A DNA stretch of 64,000 nt from Iphione sp. A-MEVVRFRX5 (taxonomy: Eukaryota), in contig OZ320313.1 in assembly GCA_976226885.1 (NCBI GenBank), positions 157,604,001 to 157,668,000 on the forward strand, given 5' to 3'. Below the pieces are notes generated by a model, which worked only from the letters and a program-made list of their open reading frames with translations, ran no database searches and was not told where the DNA came from. Positions 1 to 12,083 of the stretch are shown one piece after another; the first letter of the stretch is position 1; every line of letters begins with the position of its first letter. Made by a program: the position numbers and the translations under genes.

Positions 1-54
1 TAGAAAATGGGTGTCTGTGTCTATAGATTTTGAAGTAGAAATATCTCTACTCAC

Positions 55-276
55 TGCAGACACGAGCAGGAAGGCGAGGAGGGAAGTTGCTGTCATGGTG
101 CTCAGCCTCGCATTGGCCAGTCGACTTCCATCTTCAACCTTGCCGTCTCTCTCGGTGGCTCTCCGTCTCTCGTGTGGTATAGCCTCTGATATCGCCGTGG
201 CCCAGCCAACTACTCCAACTGCGGCGGCGGCTGCTGCTGCTGCTGCTGCAGTTTCTCCTCCCCCAGCTGGCGCATT
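55..276 (-). CDS. Internal/second exon of an unidentified minus-strand gene that continues beyond the left edge. Phase 0-0, open for 74 codons (NAPAGGGETAAAAAAAAAVG...LSTMTATSLLAFLLVSA); the ATG at 96 may start a signal peptide
   Basis: Strong acceptor ttacctcttctctgtttcacag| ending at 277, donor GCA|GTGAGT at 54, 222 nt with no stop, accATG context at 96-94 followed by hydrophobic MTATSLLAFLLVSA. No family recognised. Confidence 0.6.
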
Positions 277-3200
277 CTGTGAAACAGAGAAGAGGTAACA
301 ACAATGTTCTCTGTGGCAGGAGGCAGTCTGTGTCGTATAGCATTGGGGTTGGAGTTGGGGGTGGTGGGGGTTGGAATGTGTGACATAAGGCAGGCCTGCC
401 ATCAAAGAGTGTAAAATCTCGACTTCAAACGGATTACCCTGAGCATCGGGCTTTTCCGTGGTGCCCTTCTCAAACGGAGCAAAGGACATTGTAGTTTCAA
501 ACGTCCACAACACCTGTTCTGACCATTAACATGTCCGCAATGGCACTCTACGGAAATGGACGTGTCTGGGTGGATAGGCATTGTGTGTGTGTTCAAAAGA
601 GGGCTGAAAGTATTGATCAAAAACAACGTTAAACTTTAGAATCTTCTCTGTCGACAGTGATAAAAGATGCAGAAATAATTAAGGTTTTAACGTAGGAATT
701 CAAAACATATAAGACATGGAACCATTTGCAACGAAAGACACGCATCTGTATGGTCTGTTTCCGATTGGCACATATTCCTATAAAATGTTTTCAGTAAAGT
801 ATTTTACCGGTCCTCTTTTTGCCTGGCCCTTCCATGTGGCGTGTGTTTGGCTAACGTATTTCTACCATTTGAAACTAGTATACCCCGAATGTGTGCGCTC
901 GGAGAGCATGGACCGATTGTCCACCATCTGACATCATGCTGGGCAAGCGTGGAGACTCTCTGTTTCGGCGCAAGGCACCAGTGAGACTCATCGCTTGGCG
1001 GTGCTCGGGGACGTATATTTTTGTTGGTCTTTTTCCCCCTCTGACAGCTGTGAGGAAATACATCGATCAGTGGCTCGGCTGAGTCCCGCTGACAACCGGA
1101 GGGCCGTCCCGCTGAGACAGGCCCTTCAGTCGAGCCCTGCCAAAGTGCGCCCCTCTTCCACTCCTCGTTCTTCCTCCATCACCTCCCCCCCAACCCTCCA
1201 TCCATGCTTTATTAGCCCGCTGGACCTCCTAAAGGTAGTCTGGATCGCCAGGTCTGGATCACATTGCCGCCACAGTCTGGCCTTTTGCACGTCACGACTT
1301 GCTGATCCTATCCACCTGCTTTGGCACTGCACATCAGAATGGGCATGCCCTCAGCAGCGAAATCGACCCAATAAATGGTAACAGCAAAGAGCGTTTGAGG
1401 TTTTTTTTTCGGTTAACGGCTCTTCTTGCAAGTCACACCATACCAGCGATGGCTCAACACACAAGAAGGGCACAACGACAACAGGTATAACACAGACAGA
1501 TGCAGTGAATACATTGGTTGTTGAAATGAGAAGAGATTAAGAGGGACGTACAGCAGCACGACAAACTATACTTAGAGGGCCGTAAATTACTCAGATGAAT
1601 AGCTGTACAGGTATAAAGATAGCGCATATCTCTCGAGAGAGGAAGAAGTGAGAGACTGCGAGCAGACAGCTCATGGGTTTATCTTTGGAGATGTGTGTGA
1701 GAAAAACCATCGCACTTCGTGGAGGGGAAATGATACTGGTATTGAATGGACAGATCTACACCCATGCACAAGTACCTAGTTGAATAGACTGCAATGATGT
1801 GGAAAACTTAGGTACGGTCCATTAGTTACCTTTATCGATTGAGACCCTATGGACAGAGGTGTTGATAGCTAGCCTCGTGGAGTGTCTGGAAGGAGATTTG
1901 CGTGTACGTGCATGTAAGTATTCCGACCAGTAGCAATAGATAGAAAGTAAATGACAATGAAAGAGAAAGCAAGAGAAAGATCGAGAGGGAGAAAGACATA
2001 GAAAGAAAGAGGGACAAGTCTAGGAAGGAGAATGAGATGAAAGCTCAAAGCCAATGCACGCGCGCAGACAGAGGCCAGTGACATCTTCAGGGCGGTCCGA
2101 AAATTTATGACCATGGCCTCGGCTGGAAACACATTCCGTAGATAAATTAGCAGCGAGTGGATCTGTTACTTCGCGCCTGCAGCAGAGGTCCGACAAAGAA
2201 CGAGTGTTCAGTCAGGAACCATTACCTTTCCCCTCAAGTAACAGAAAACATATAAAAGCAAAGGTACAGCAGACATGGATAGCAAACCTTTGGATACCCG
2301 AGATCTTTCCACGAAAGGGACTTCCTTGCACTTCACGTTCACACTAATTAATTTCCAGTTTCAAAGCCTGTTCTTATTTAAACACAAAGGAATGTTCTTT
2401 TCAACATGGCAACTAAGGGAGGGAGTTCCTGCTAAAGGGCACTTCCGGGAATATACGTGTATGAAATCAGATGAACACAAATATAACCGTTTTAACGTTA
2501 TGAACCTATAACCTACATGTTTCTATCACACAATTTAAATTGAAACAAGAAACTACAAGATCTGTTTACTTTTATCAAATTGGTTTTGATTTTCAGCTAT
2601 TCTCAGATTTTCTGACATGGCTCAAATCACCGTCCTCTATTTAGCTAAACGAATACCAAATGTTTTAACAGAAGGAACGATTCAACCTTAAGTCAAAGCA
2701 GGGGGTCGTGTTACTGGTGAATCCAATGGCAAATACCGGATACCAATGCCACTAAATTCCTTCCTCATGGAAGAAGTGTATCAAAACTATTTCGGCATAT
2801 GAAGCCGAGCGCATGTTTTGAACACAATTTCCTCGTTGTTCTACAACTCACAATAAGTCCATAGACGTTCTACACATGCTAAGCCCACCGTATCAAGTCC
2901 GCGATCATTTCATCTCTCTCCATTCACACTCGGCTTTATTGCTCCGCATGAGCGCTAATTCAATTGTCATCGAACATATAGCCCAAGATATCAATTCAAA
3001 TATGTTTGTTATTCCAGGCGTACATTCCCCTGTCCTGAAGGCTGGGACCTCCTATGTATACACGGAAACGTGATCCTTCCCAGTGGGGACTGATTGCCTA
3101 CGTCAGGTGAAGATTTTTTTTTCATAACAAAATAAACTTTGACGTCCCTTTATAGCTTGCCCGGTCAATCCTGCTGTTCGGACCAATTTCGTGTAGAGTA

Positions 3201-5692
3201 AACCAGTCAACTCGGATTTATTATAGTGTGAAATGGAACTCTACAAATCATGACCGAGTGCTGGGTGAGAAACAAATGCAATCATCGGGGAGCAAAGATT
3301 GGGCAACGGCTGTTTCTGTAGGGATGTGGAAGAAAGTATTTACACATAAGTTAAGTCTCTCAACATGTACTGGTCCTGACTCCAGCCTTTCGTAAATGAC
3401 CCCGCATCCATCCTAAACTATACAACGTGTCGTATAAAAATAGTTTTTGTTATACATACAGATATCGATCGATATTTGGTTAGAACGACATGGACAGTGT
3501 AGGGGAAAAGATTTAGACGAAAATTCTGAACTTGCTTTAATTCAATCTGTAGGTTTGGAGAGTATTCCATTCATTTTTATTTGGGTATTGTGACAAAACG
3601 TTTGTCAACACCAAGTTTGTATTTATATCTTCAGAAATAAACCAACTTCAAATTGGATTTGAAAATTGAACACCAAGTTTTCGTTTGGTTAGCATGAAAT
3701 CATACTGCAACGTGTCGAAGACGGGTAAAGCGGGTTCTATCTCATTTTTTAATAAAATTGTACGTCCACCATACAGCTGAAAGGATGAAGTAGCATGTTT
3801 GTCCAAATTGCCAAGCACGTGTACATTGCACCTGCCCCTGTAGTAGGAAAACCTACTCAAATCTCTTAAGAACAACACAGATTACTGGTGTTATTCATAA
3901 CCGACGTAGATATATGATGTGGACCCAGACAGAAACACATCCCGCAGGCCCGACCATGGGGTTTGAGGATACCTCTTCGTTCTCCCGGCTTTAGTACTGA
4001 CATTCGGCCTGTCAGCAGAGGGATACCTTACTATCAGGTGACCGGGTCACTGAGTATCCCCCCACGTGCAGCACAGGTGTGTTTATTATGCTCGGTCGGC
4101 CGTAGATGGCCCCAGTACGAGAACAAGCGAAGCCGGTGTGTCTCCCTCTGCCCACTGAGGCCACGAGGTGTGACAGTCACAGGGTGCTAGGCACACACCT
4201 GGGGCAGACTCTCTTACATCGTGCTGCCAAGACATACAATCCTTCGAGTAAACTGATATGGCCCCGCTTGTGCTCAGACACTGCCCGCAACAGATAGGAA
4301 ACTGTCCCCCCATCGGGGTGTACATGGATATATCTGTCCGCCCCTCGCTCGATCCGGCAGACCATTTGTCCGTCTGGTGCTCACAAATTCCACCCAATCG
4401 CTCCCTGCTTCCCTTATCACGCACAGGCACAGGCGGCATTTCGAGTGTCTGTAGCCAATGGATTCGGCAATAGTCTGGCTCTAAACTACGCCTCGGCCAC
4501 TGAAAAACTGCCAGGACAGCAGTTGCCACCCGAAATCGATCATCGCTGGGTAAGTCAAAAAAGTGTAATTTTAAGGGTCGCCTTTCGCCTGTCAGTGTCG
4601 ATGAAGATAACCGTTAGTGCAAAAAAAAAAATCGGCCAAAACGTTGCTTGAGAAATGGATATGAATAGAAGGGGCAAACGGTCTACATGTATATATAATG
4701 GATACGTATATTTAGATTTCACGTCCACTGCAGGCCTTGGAAGAATTACACGGTAAAAATCAACAGATATATCAAACTATGTATAGTTTAGTTGAAGGTT
4801 CCGTTTATATCGACGGACATACAAAAATCAAGAACCCATCTCGTTAAAACATTACCTGCTGACTCCATATGCACGTAACGCAATCTTACGTGAAACGCAT
4901 AATATTGATAAACTGTTCCAGTAAATGAGGAGAGACAACAGTAGAGAAAAATACCGGTCACAAGAAAGATGAGGCACAGCAGAAAAGAAGAATACAAGAG
5001 GAAGGAGAAAAAGACAAACAAACAGAGGCGGGGGAAGTAACCGCAGCATCAAGTAAACATTGAGGGGAAAAAACAATGCGAGAAAAGAAAAGCGATGTGG
5101 ACAGATTTCTAGCGAGGACCGCGTACACAGGAGGGGACCGACGGCGGACACCAATGGAGCGCGACGATGCCAACTGTCGACCACATCAAGGCGAGCAATC
5201 CGACACCGACTCTTGCTGGACAACCTCGATGGCGTTGCGATAATGTTCGCTTTGATAAGGGAGGAGATCTGAATCAACAAACCCAGACGCCTGCCGAGCT
5301 AATGATCCTCTGCAGATGGAGGGGGGTGGGGGCGGGAGAGAGACGGGACCATACATCTCTGCGCCCCATCGCATCCGTCTAGGGGCTGGCTCTCATTATC
5401 CAACTCAATGGCCTTTACGTGGATGTCGACCGGTCATCTTCATAAATCAAAGTCAAACGGTAGCTGATAGGGTAGAACAGGATAGGACCAGAGAACGTGG
5501 CGATTAAGAAGTAATGAACCCCTCCCCCTCCCCCGTCCCCCCTCCTCCCCCGCCCGTTCACGATACACGTTAAATATATGGGTGTTTTCTCTGCAGGGAT
5601 GATTAACGCTGTGAATCCATTAGAGTTAGGCGTTTTCTCCGCAATGAGGATCTGTGAATACATTATAGAGGTACTAAATACGGCAAGGTTGA

Positions 5693-5699
5693 TGTGTGC

Positions 5700-5732
<33 letters not shown>
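5693..5732. repeat. (TG)n microsatellite
   Basis: Directly visible TG dinucleotide run. Confidence 0.95.
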
Positions 5733-6089
5733 GAGGGGGGTGATAGGGTGATGGGCAACGTAGAGTGGGAACAGTCATTAGAGGTACACCTTTACATATT
5801 AGTCCAGCTGCAAGCAGTCATACCTGTCACTCGTAGAGGACTTGGATATATGGACATAACGGCTATGTCTCGTCGCAGTCGAAAGATGGGAACCACTTAG
5901 TTAAACGAGTTTACGAAGTTTGACTACGGTTAATCTAGTGATAAAAGTGACGTCATATCAAGGGATGAGCTGTGCGCTATCTAGCCATTATTTGCCAATT
6001 CCTTGGTGCCGGGATACAGGACCGAGTGGGTCGGGAAAGGGAGCGAGTCCGAGTCCGTCAAGTGACGTCTTGGGAGCTGCCAGGGCGGG

Positions 6090-6196
6090 CCCTTGATATG
6101 ACGTCACTTTTATCACTAGATTAACCGTAGTCAAACTTCGTAAACTCGTTTAACTAAGTGGTTAATCACGTGATCAGTGACGTCATCCAAGGGATG
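6090..6196. repeat. Internal complementary region (ICR): reverse complement of the element's circle junction
   Basis: 6090-6163 = rc(5891-5964); 6162-6196 = rc(12320-12354); both perfect. Confidence 0.92.
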
Positions 6197-7577
6197 CTTT
6201 GTCTATTTCGCCTGTATCCCTGCACCACCTGGGTGATGACTGAGACCCCCAAGAACAGGGGGTGTGCCGTTATCACCCTGGTAATCCAACAGTGAATTTG
6301 CGGGAGACTGAGTCGTAGTAAGTTCAATAAAGGCATCAGCCCAGTTTTATTCCTGAATGCAAAACCATCAGCAATAAACAAATGCAACCACTACAACTTC
6401 CCTATCATGTAGGCGGGCCTATCAGTCTATGGGCCGTTCCAGGGTCTGCTGTCCCAATAAAGCCCCACATGGGCCCAAATTGAGAAAAATAATTGGTGTG
6501 TTGGTCTTTATTTCTGAATCAAAACCATTCCAATGGATGAGGGGGGCAGCAGTAATACGCAAAGAACCTGTTGAGCAGTGTAATTTGGAGGTGCTGACAC
6601 CCGTTAAGTGTACTGTGTACTCACTTCCTATGCACAGTTTGTGCTGTCTGTGCACTCTCTGGTGTCTTAGATGGGTGGCCGTCGGGCAAGGCCCCTTGTG
6701 GCCGGACTCGTCCGTGGCTGCGATGTGGGTTGCTAGGTGTTTGTAGCCCCCAAGCGGCTTGTCCTCAAGTGATTGGGGTGTCCGCATTAGATTGCCCGCC
6801 GTATCTCTTGGGAGTTGGGGGCGCTGGCAGGCCAGGCCGTGCCAGCATCCCGGTCGGAGTAGGGGTCAGCTCACTTCGTACCTACAAGGTCTGCACCCTC
6901 TGCCCCGGGCCGGGTAGCTCCGTCTTATGGTGGAGGCCCCCCTGTCAGGGGTGTGTGGGCACTACCCAAGCTGGCTAATCCGCTAGCGGCTGGGCTACTT
7001 CCCAGGCCTCCTTGCTACTCGCCTCAGCACAACTTGGCTCAGTGCGACCCATGGATGGGCCTTGTGGCGCGTGGTTGCATGGCGTAGGCACGGTCTTCCC
7101 TCAGTGGTAACGGTGCCGGCGCTGTTGCAGGGTACCACCTGAGTGGGGCTAAGCCCCCATCGCCACCAGTGTTTCTGGTTGGGCTCAGCCTGAAAAATGC
7201 ACACCCTCCTAGGGTGGGGGCCCGACATCCCTAATCAGCTGTTTTGAGCTACCTTACTGGGTGAGGCCATCCCATCTCCAGCAGCCCTACCGGCTATCTG
7301 TTCCCGCCCCCCCCTCTTTTCCCGGAGGGGTGTTGGCGTAATTGATCATGTGTCCCATTTCTTCATAGCTGTTGAAGGGCCTCGTCCGAGTGACACATCC
7401 CCAGCGCTTGGCTGGGGGCCCTTGGGTTCATGGCCAGTGTCGGGCCGGAATGGTGATTTTTTGGGTGGTGGTCCATCTAGTTAGACGAGTTTTAACGATG
7501 TTTGACTACTGGCCTTGCGTGTCTGCCCCAAGCCCAGGGCCGAATAGGTCCCCTGGTGGCAGTGCCTGAGCCAGCCC

Positions 7578-10500
7578 CAGCTCCGCAATAGAGATTCGTA
7601 GAACTGATGCGTCTTAGACATTGCGAAGCAGGCCGGGGGGTCTATGCCAGCCCAATGAGAAATTTTTAAAACGGGGACAAGACCAGTGTTTTGTGTCCCC
7701 TGGTGGTTCTGGGACATCCCAACTCACACCAGGTGTCCGTGAGGCCCAGAACTGGCAAGTTTTGTGATGATCCGCAGCCGTTGCACGAAAAAACCACCCA
7801 AATCTCCGCAACGAGAGCTCGTAGAGCGAAACTGATTTCACCGTCGCGTTGCGGGCCAGACGATCTATGCTGATCCACTGAAAGAATTAAGAGGCAGAAA
7901 CAGTGTTTTTACCCCTCCCCTGGTGGTTCTGGCACCCCCAAACTCGCCCCGGGCACCCGTAGGGCCCTCTGGGAAAGGGCTGGCAAGTTTAGTGGTGATC
8001 CAGGGACATTGTATGTCCGCACAAAACCACCCATATCTCCGCAATGGGGGTTCATAGGGCCAAACGGATTTCGCCGTCATGTTGCGGGTCGCGAGGTCTA
8101 TATAGGTTCGTTGAGAGAAATTAAGTGGGCAAAACTGTCGTTTTTGCCACCCCTGGTGGTCATGGCACCTCCGAACTTGCTCCGCACATGTACCAGGCCC
8201 CTGAGGGCAGGACTGGCAAGTTTGGTGGTGATATGGGAACCTTGCGGTTCTGCACAAAGCCACCCATTGCTCCGCAATGAGAGCTCGTAGAGCAAAACGG
8301 ATTTCATCCTCGTGTTGCGGGCCGAGTGATCTATATAGATCTGGTGAGAACTTTAAGTGGACAAAACCATTGTTTTTCCAACTCCTGGTGGTTGTGGCAC
8401 CTCCAAACTCGCTCTGGACGTCCCCAGAACCCCAAAGGGTAGGACTGGCAAGATTGGTGGTGATGCGGAGACTTTTCGGTTCCGCACAAAACCGCCTGTA
8501 GCTCTGCAACGAGAGCTTGTAGGGCAAAACGGATTTCCCTATCTTCTTGCGGGCCAAGAGATCTATATAGCTCCGATGAAAAAATTGAGTGGACAAAACC
8601 ATAGTTTTTGTCTCTCCAGGTGGTTGTGGCACCCCAAAACTTGCTCTGTACGCCCGTGGAGCCCCAGAGGGTAGGACTGGCGAGTTTGGTGGCGATCCGG
8701 GAACCTTGCGGTTCCGCACAGAACCACCGGTAGCTCCGCAAGGAGAGCTCGTAGAGCCAAACGGATTTCAGCATCTTGTTGCGGGCCAAGAGGTCTATAC
8801 CGATCCGATGAAAAATTTAAGTGGACAAAAACGTTGTTTTTGTCTCCCCTGGTGGTTGTAGCACCCCCAAACTCGCACCAGATGTCCCTGCGGCCCCAGA
8901 GGGTAGGACTGCCGAGTTTGGCGGTGATCCGAGAACCTTGCGGTTCCGCACAAAACCACCCATAACTCCGCAACTAGGGCTCGTAGAGCAAAACGGATTT
9001 CACCATAGTGTTGCGGGCCAAGAGGTCTATATAGATCCGGTGAAAGGATTAAGTGGACAAAAACGTCGTTTTTGTCTCTCCTGGTGGTTGTAGCACCCCC
9101 AAACTCGCTCCTGACGTCCGTGGGGCCCCCCAGGGTAGGACATGCGAGTTTGGTGGTGATCCGAGAACCTTGCGGTTCCGCACTAACCCACCGATAACTC
9201 CGCAACGAGGGCTCGTAGAGCAAAACGGATTTCATCATCAAGTTGCGGGCCAAGAAATCTATATAGATCCGATGAAAATTTGAAGTGGACAAAAACGTCA
9301 TTTTTGTCTCTCCTGGTGGATGTAGCACCCCTAAACCTCGCTCCAGACGTCTGTTGGTCCCCAGCGGGTAGGACTGGCGAGTTTGGTGGTGATCCGGGAA
9401 CCTTGCGGTTCCACCCAAAAACCACCGATAGCTCCGCAACAAAAGCTCGTAGAGCAAAATGGGTTGCACCATCGTGTTGCAGGCCAGGAGACCCATATAG
9501 GTCCGACGAGAGAATTAAGTGGACGAAAACATCGTTTTTGTCTCTCCTGGTGGCTGTGGCACCCCCAAACTCGCTCCGGGCGTCCGTTGGGCCCCAGAGG
9601 GTAGGACTAGCGAGTTTGGTGGTGATCCAGGAACCTTGCGGTTCCGCACAAAACCACCGATAGCTCCGCAACAAGAGCTCGTAGAGCAAAACGGATTTCA
9701 CCAACGTGTTGCGGGCCAGGGGATCTAGATAGATCCGATGAGAAAATTAAATGGGCAAAGACGTTGTTTTTGTCTATCCTGGTGGTTGTAGCACCCCCAA
9801 ACTCGCTCGGAACGTCCGTGGGGCCCCTGAGGGTAGGACTGGCGAGTTTGGTGGTAATCCGGGAACCTTGCGGTTCCGCACAAAACCACCCATAGTTCCG
9901 CAACGAAGGCTCGTAGAGCAAAACGGATTTCACCATCGTGTTGCGGGCCACGAGATCTATATAGATCTGACAAGATAATTAAGTGGACAAAAACGTCATT
10001 TTTGTCTCTCCTGGTGGTTGTAGCACCCCCCAAGCTCGCTCCTAGCATCCGTGGGGCCCCAGCGGGCAGGACTGGCAAGATTGGTGGTGATCAAGGAACC
10101 TTACGGTTCTGCACAAAACCACCGATAACTCCGCAACGATGGCTCGTAGAGCAAAACGGATTGCGCCATCGTGTTGCGGGCCAAGAGATCTATATAGGTC
10201 CGATGAGAAAAATAAATGGACAAAAACAAAGTTTTTGTCTATCCTGGTGGTTGTAGCACCCCCAAACTCGCTCCGAACGTCTGTGGAGCCCCAGAGGTAG
10301 GACTGGCAAGTTTGGTGGTGATCCGGGAACCTTGCGGTTCCGCACAAAACCACCTATAGCTCCGCAACGAAGGCTCATAGAGCAAAACGGATTTCACCAT
10401 CGTGTTGCAGGCCAGGGGATCTATATAGATCCAACGAGAAAGTTAAGTGGACAAAAACGTCCTTTTTTGTCTCTTCTGGCGGTTGTAGTACCCCCAAACT

Positions 10501-10890
10501 CGCTCCGGTTGTCCGTGGGGGCCCAGAGGGTAGGACTGGCGAGTCTGGTGGTGATACGGGAACCTTGCGGTTCCGCACAAAAAACCACCGATAGCTCCGC
10601 ACCGAGAGCTCGTAGAGCAAAACGGATTTCACCATCGTGTTGCGGGCCAACAGATCTATATAGGTCCGATGAGAACACTAAATGGACAAAAACGTTGTTT
10701 TTGTCTCTCCTGGTAGTTATGGCGCCTCCAAACTCGGTCCAAATGTCCGTAGAGCCCCTGAGGGTAGGACTGGTGAGTTTGGTGGCGATCCGACGATATT
10801 GCGGTACTGCACAAAACCACCAATAGCTCCGCAACGGAGGCTTGTAGAGCAAAACGGGTTGCACCATCGTGTTGCGGGCCAGGAGATCTG
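7578..10890. repeat. Tandem satellite array, ~232-bp unit, 14 full copies plus 1 partial
   Basis: Anchor ctccgcaa (or variant) at 7581, 7804, 8037, 8270, 8502, 8734, 8966, 9198, 9432, 9664, 9896, 10129, 10360, 10595, 10827; spacings 223-235 bp. Confidence 0.97.
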
Positions 10891-11736
10891 TAAGGATCGA
10901 CTCTTAGCTAAAAAACCCAGAGTCTGCCCAGTTTTTGTAGAAAACTTGTTTTGGAGATCTTGCTGAAGTCTGGATGCTTGAAGGCTTGAGAAGTCTGAAG
11001 GCAGCTGGAGTCTTGCGAAGTCTTGTTGGAGTCTTGAAAACGTCTTGTAGTCTTGGTGCTCAAGAACGGCTCTAACTCAAGAGCCGTTGTAGCTACGGAC
11101 CTGAAATTTGGTATGCATATACCCAAGGTCTAGACACAGGTGCCACAGAAGTTTGAACAATGTTGAACGACTTCGGGATATTTGTTGTCCGAGACACTGC
11201 GGAGTGCGTTTTCGCGCACCAGAAAAACCGCTATAAGTTCGGCAAAAATTGTTGCATTGCCTCGATTTTTAGTATGTACATAGCCCCGAGTACCGCGCAA
11301 GTGCTCTGCGAATTTTAGCCCAATCGGCCTACGGCGGGTCGAATGCGGGGTGGGAGAGTCCTAGCTCCTCGTTGATGCACCGGGGGCTTCTTTTTGCGCG
11401 AAAAACGCCGTTATTTCTGTTACATAAGCGGGAGTATCTCCCGAGTAACTGACTGCAGTGGCATTTACATCAGAGCAACGGCGACGCCGTAGTGACGCGG
11501 TGACGCGCGGGTGACCCAGATTTTCAAACTGACGTTGTGACCGTTACTGAACACTGTGGGCCAGCCAGGCAACCGTTGACCCAGTTTTGGGCGTCCTCGG
11601 ACCAACTTCGATTTTTGGTCTTTTTGGACTCAAGAATGCTCTTGGCCTCGAGGAATTACTTCTGTGATGCACAGTTACCTCCAGAGGACTTTTTCTCCCA
11701 GGATTTAGCCCATATGGGAACCTTTGAGGAGAGGTC

Positions 11737-12083
11737 AGGTGTGACTCCACCTGGCTCCGAGGATTTATACCTGGGGATTCAACAGGCTACCTCAAGGAGA
11801 CTTTCTCCAAGGATTTATACACACATTTCTGCATGTGACCTGAAGGAGACTTCTGGCAAGGCAAGGGACGTTACCAACGTGTAACCAGGCCAGGTGCACT
11901 CCTATGTGCAGTAAAACAGGTGTTACTCCACCTGGCTCCGAGGATTTATACCTTGGGATTCAACAGGATACCTCAAGGAGACTTTCTCCCAGGATTTATA
12001 CACACATTTCTGCATGTGACCTGAAGGAGACTTCTGACAAGGCAAGGGACGTTACCAACGTGTAACCAGGCCAGGTGCACTCC
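11737..12083. repeat. Two-copy tandem duplication, 181-bp period
   Basis: 11737-11902 and 11918-12083 are near identical (aggtgt[g/t]actccacctggctccgagg...ccaggtgcactcc). Confidence 0.95.

Noticed and set aside
11-298. Plus-strand 95-aa ORF
   Set aside because: Antisense shadow of the minus-strand exon, which has the splice signals.
4445-4556. Plus-strand donor GG|GTAAGT and plus-strand TATA boxes (e.g. ~45315)
   Set aside because: Isolated short motifs expected by chance; no partner exons found.
6422-6787. STGSLRITAA in a minus-strand ORF, resembling the YR HxxR box
   Set aside because: Lacks the catalytic His and the downstream H/W and Y motifs; other frames have stops. Not enough to call a YR remnant.
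7578-10890. CRISPR-like array or hammerhead retrozyme
   Set aside because: Units are homologous along their whole length (no unique spacers), the context is eukaryotic, and no conserved CUGANGA...GAAA core was found on either strand.
7481-10966. Many long overlapping ORFs (up to 284 aa) on both strands
   Set aside because: Artefacts of the GC-rich 232-bp satellite; the unit length is not a multiple of 3, so frames shift between units, and there is no protein motif.
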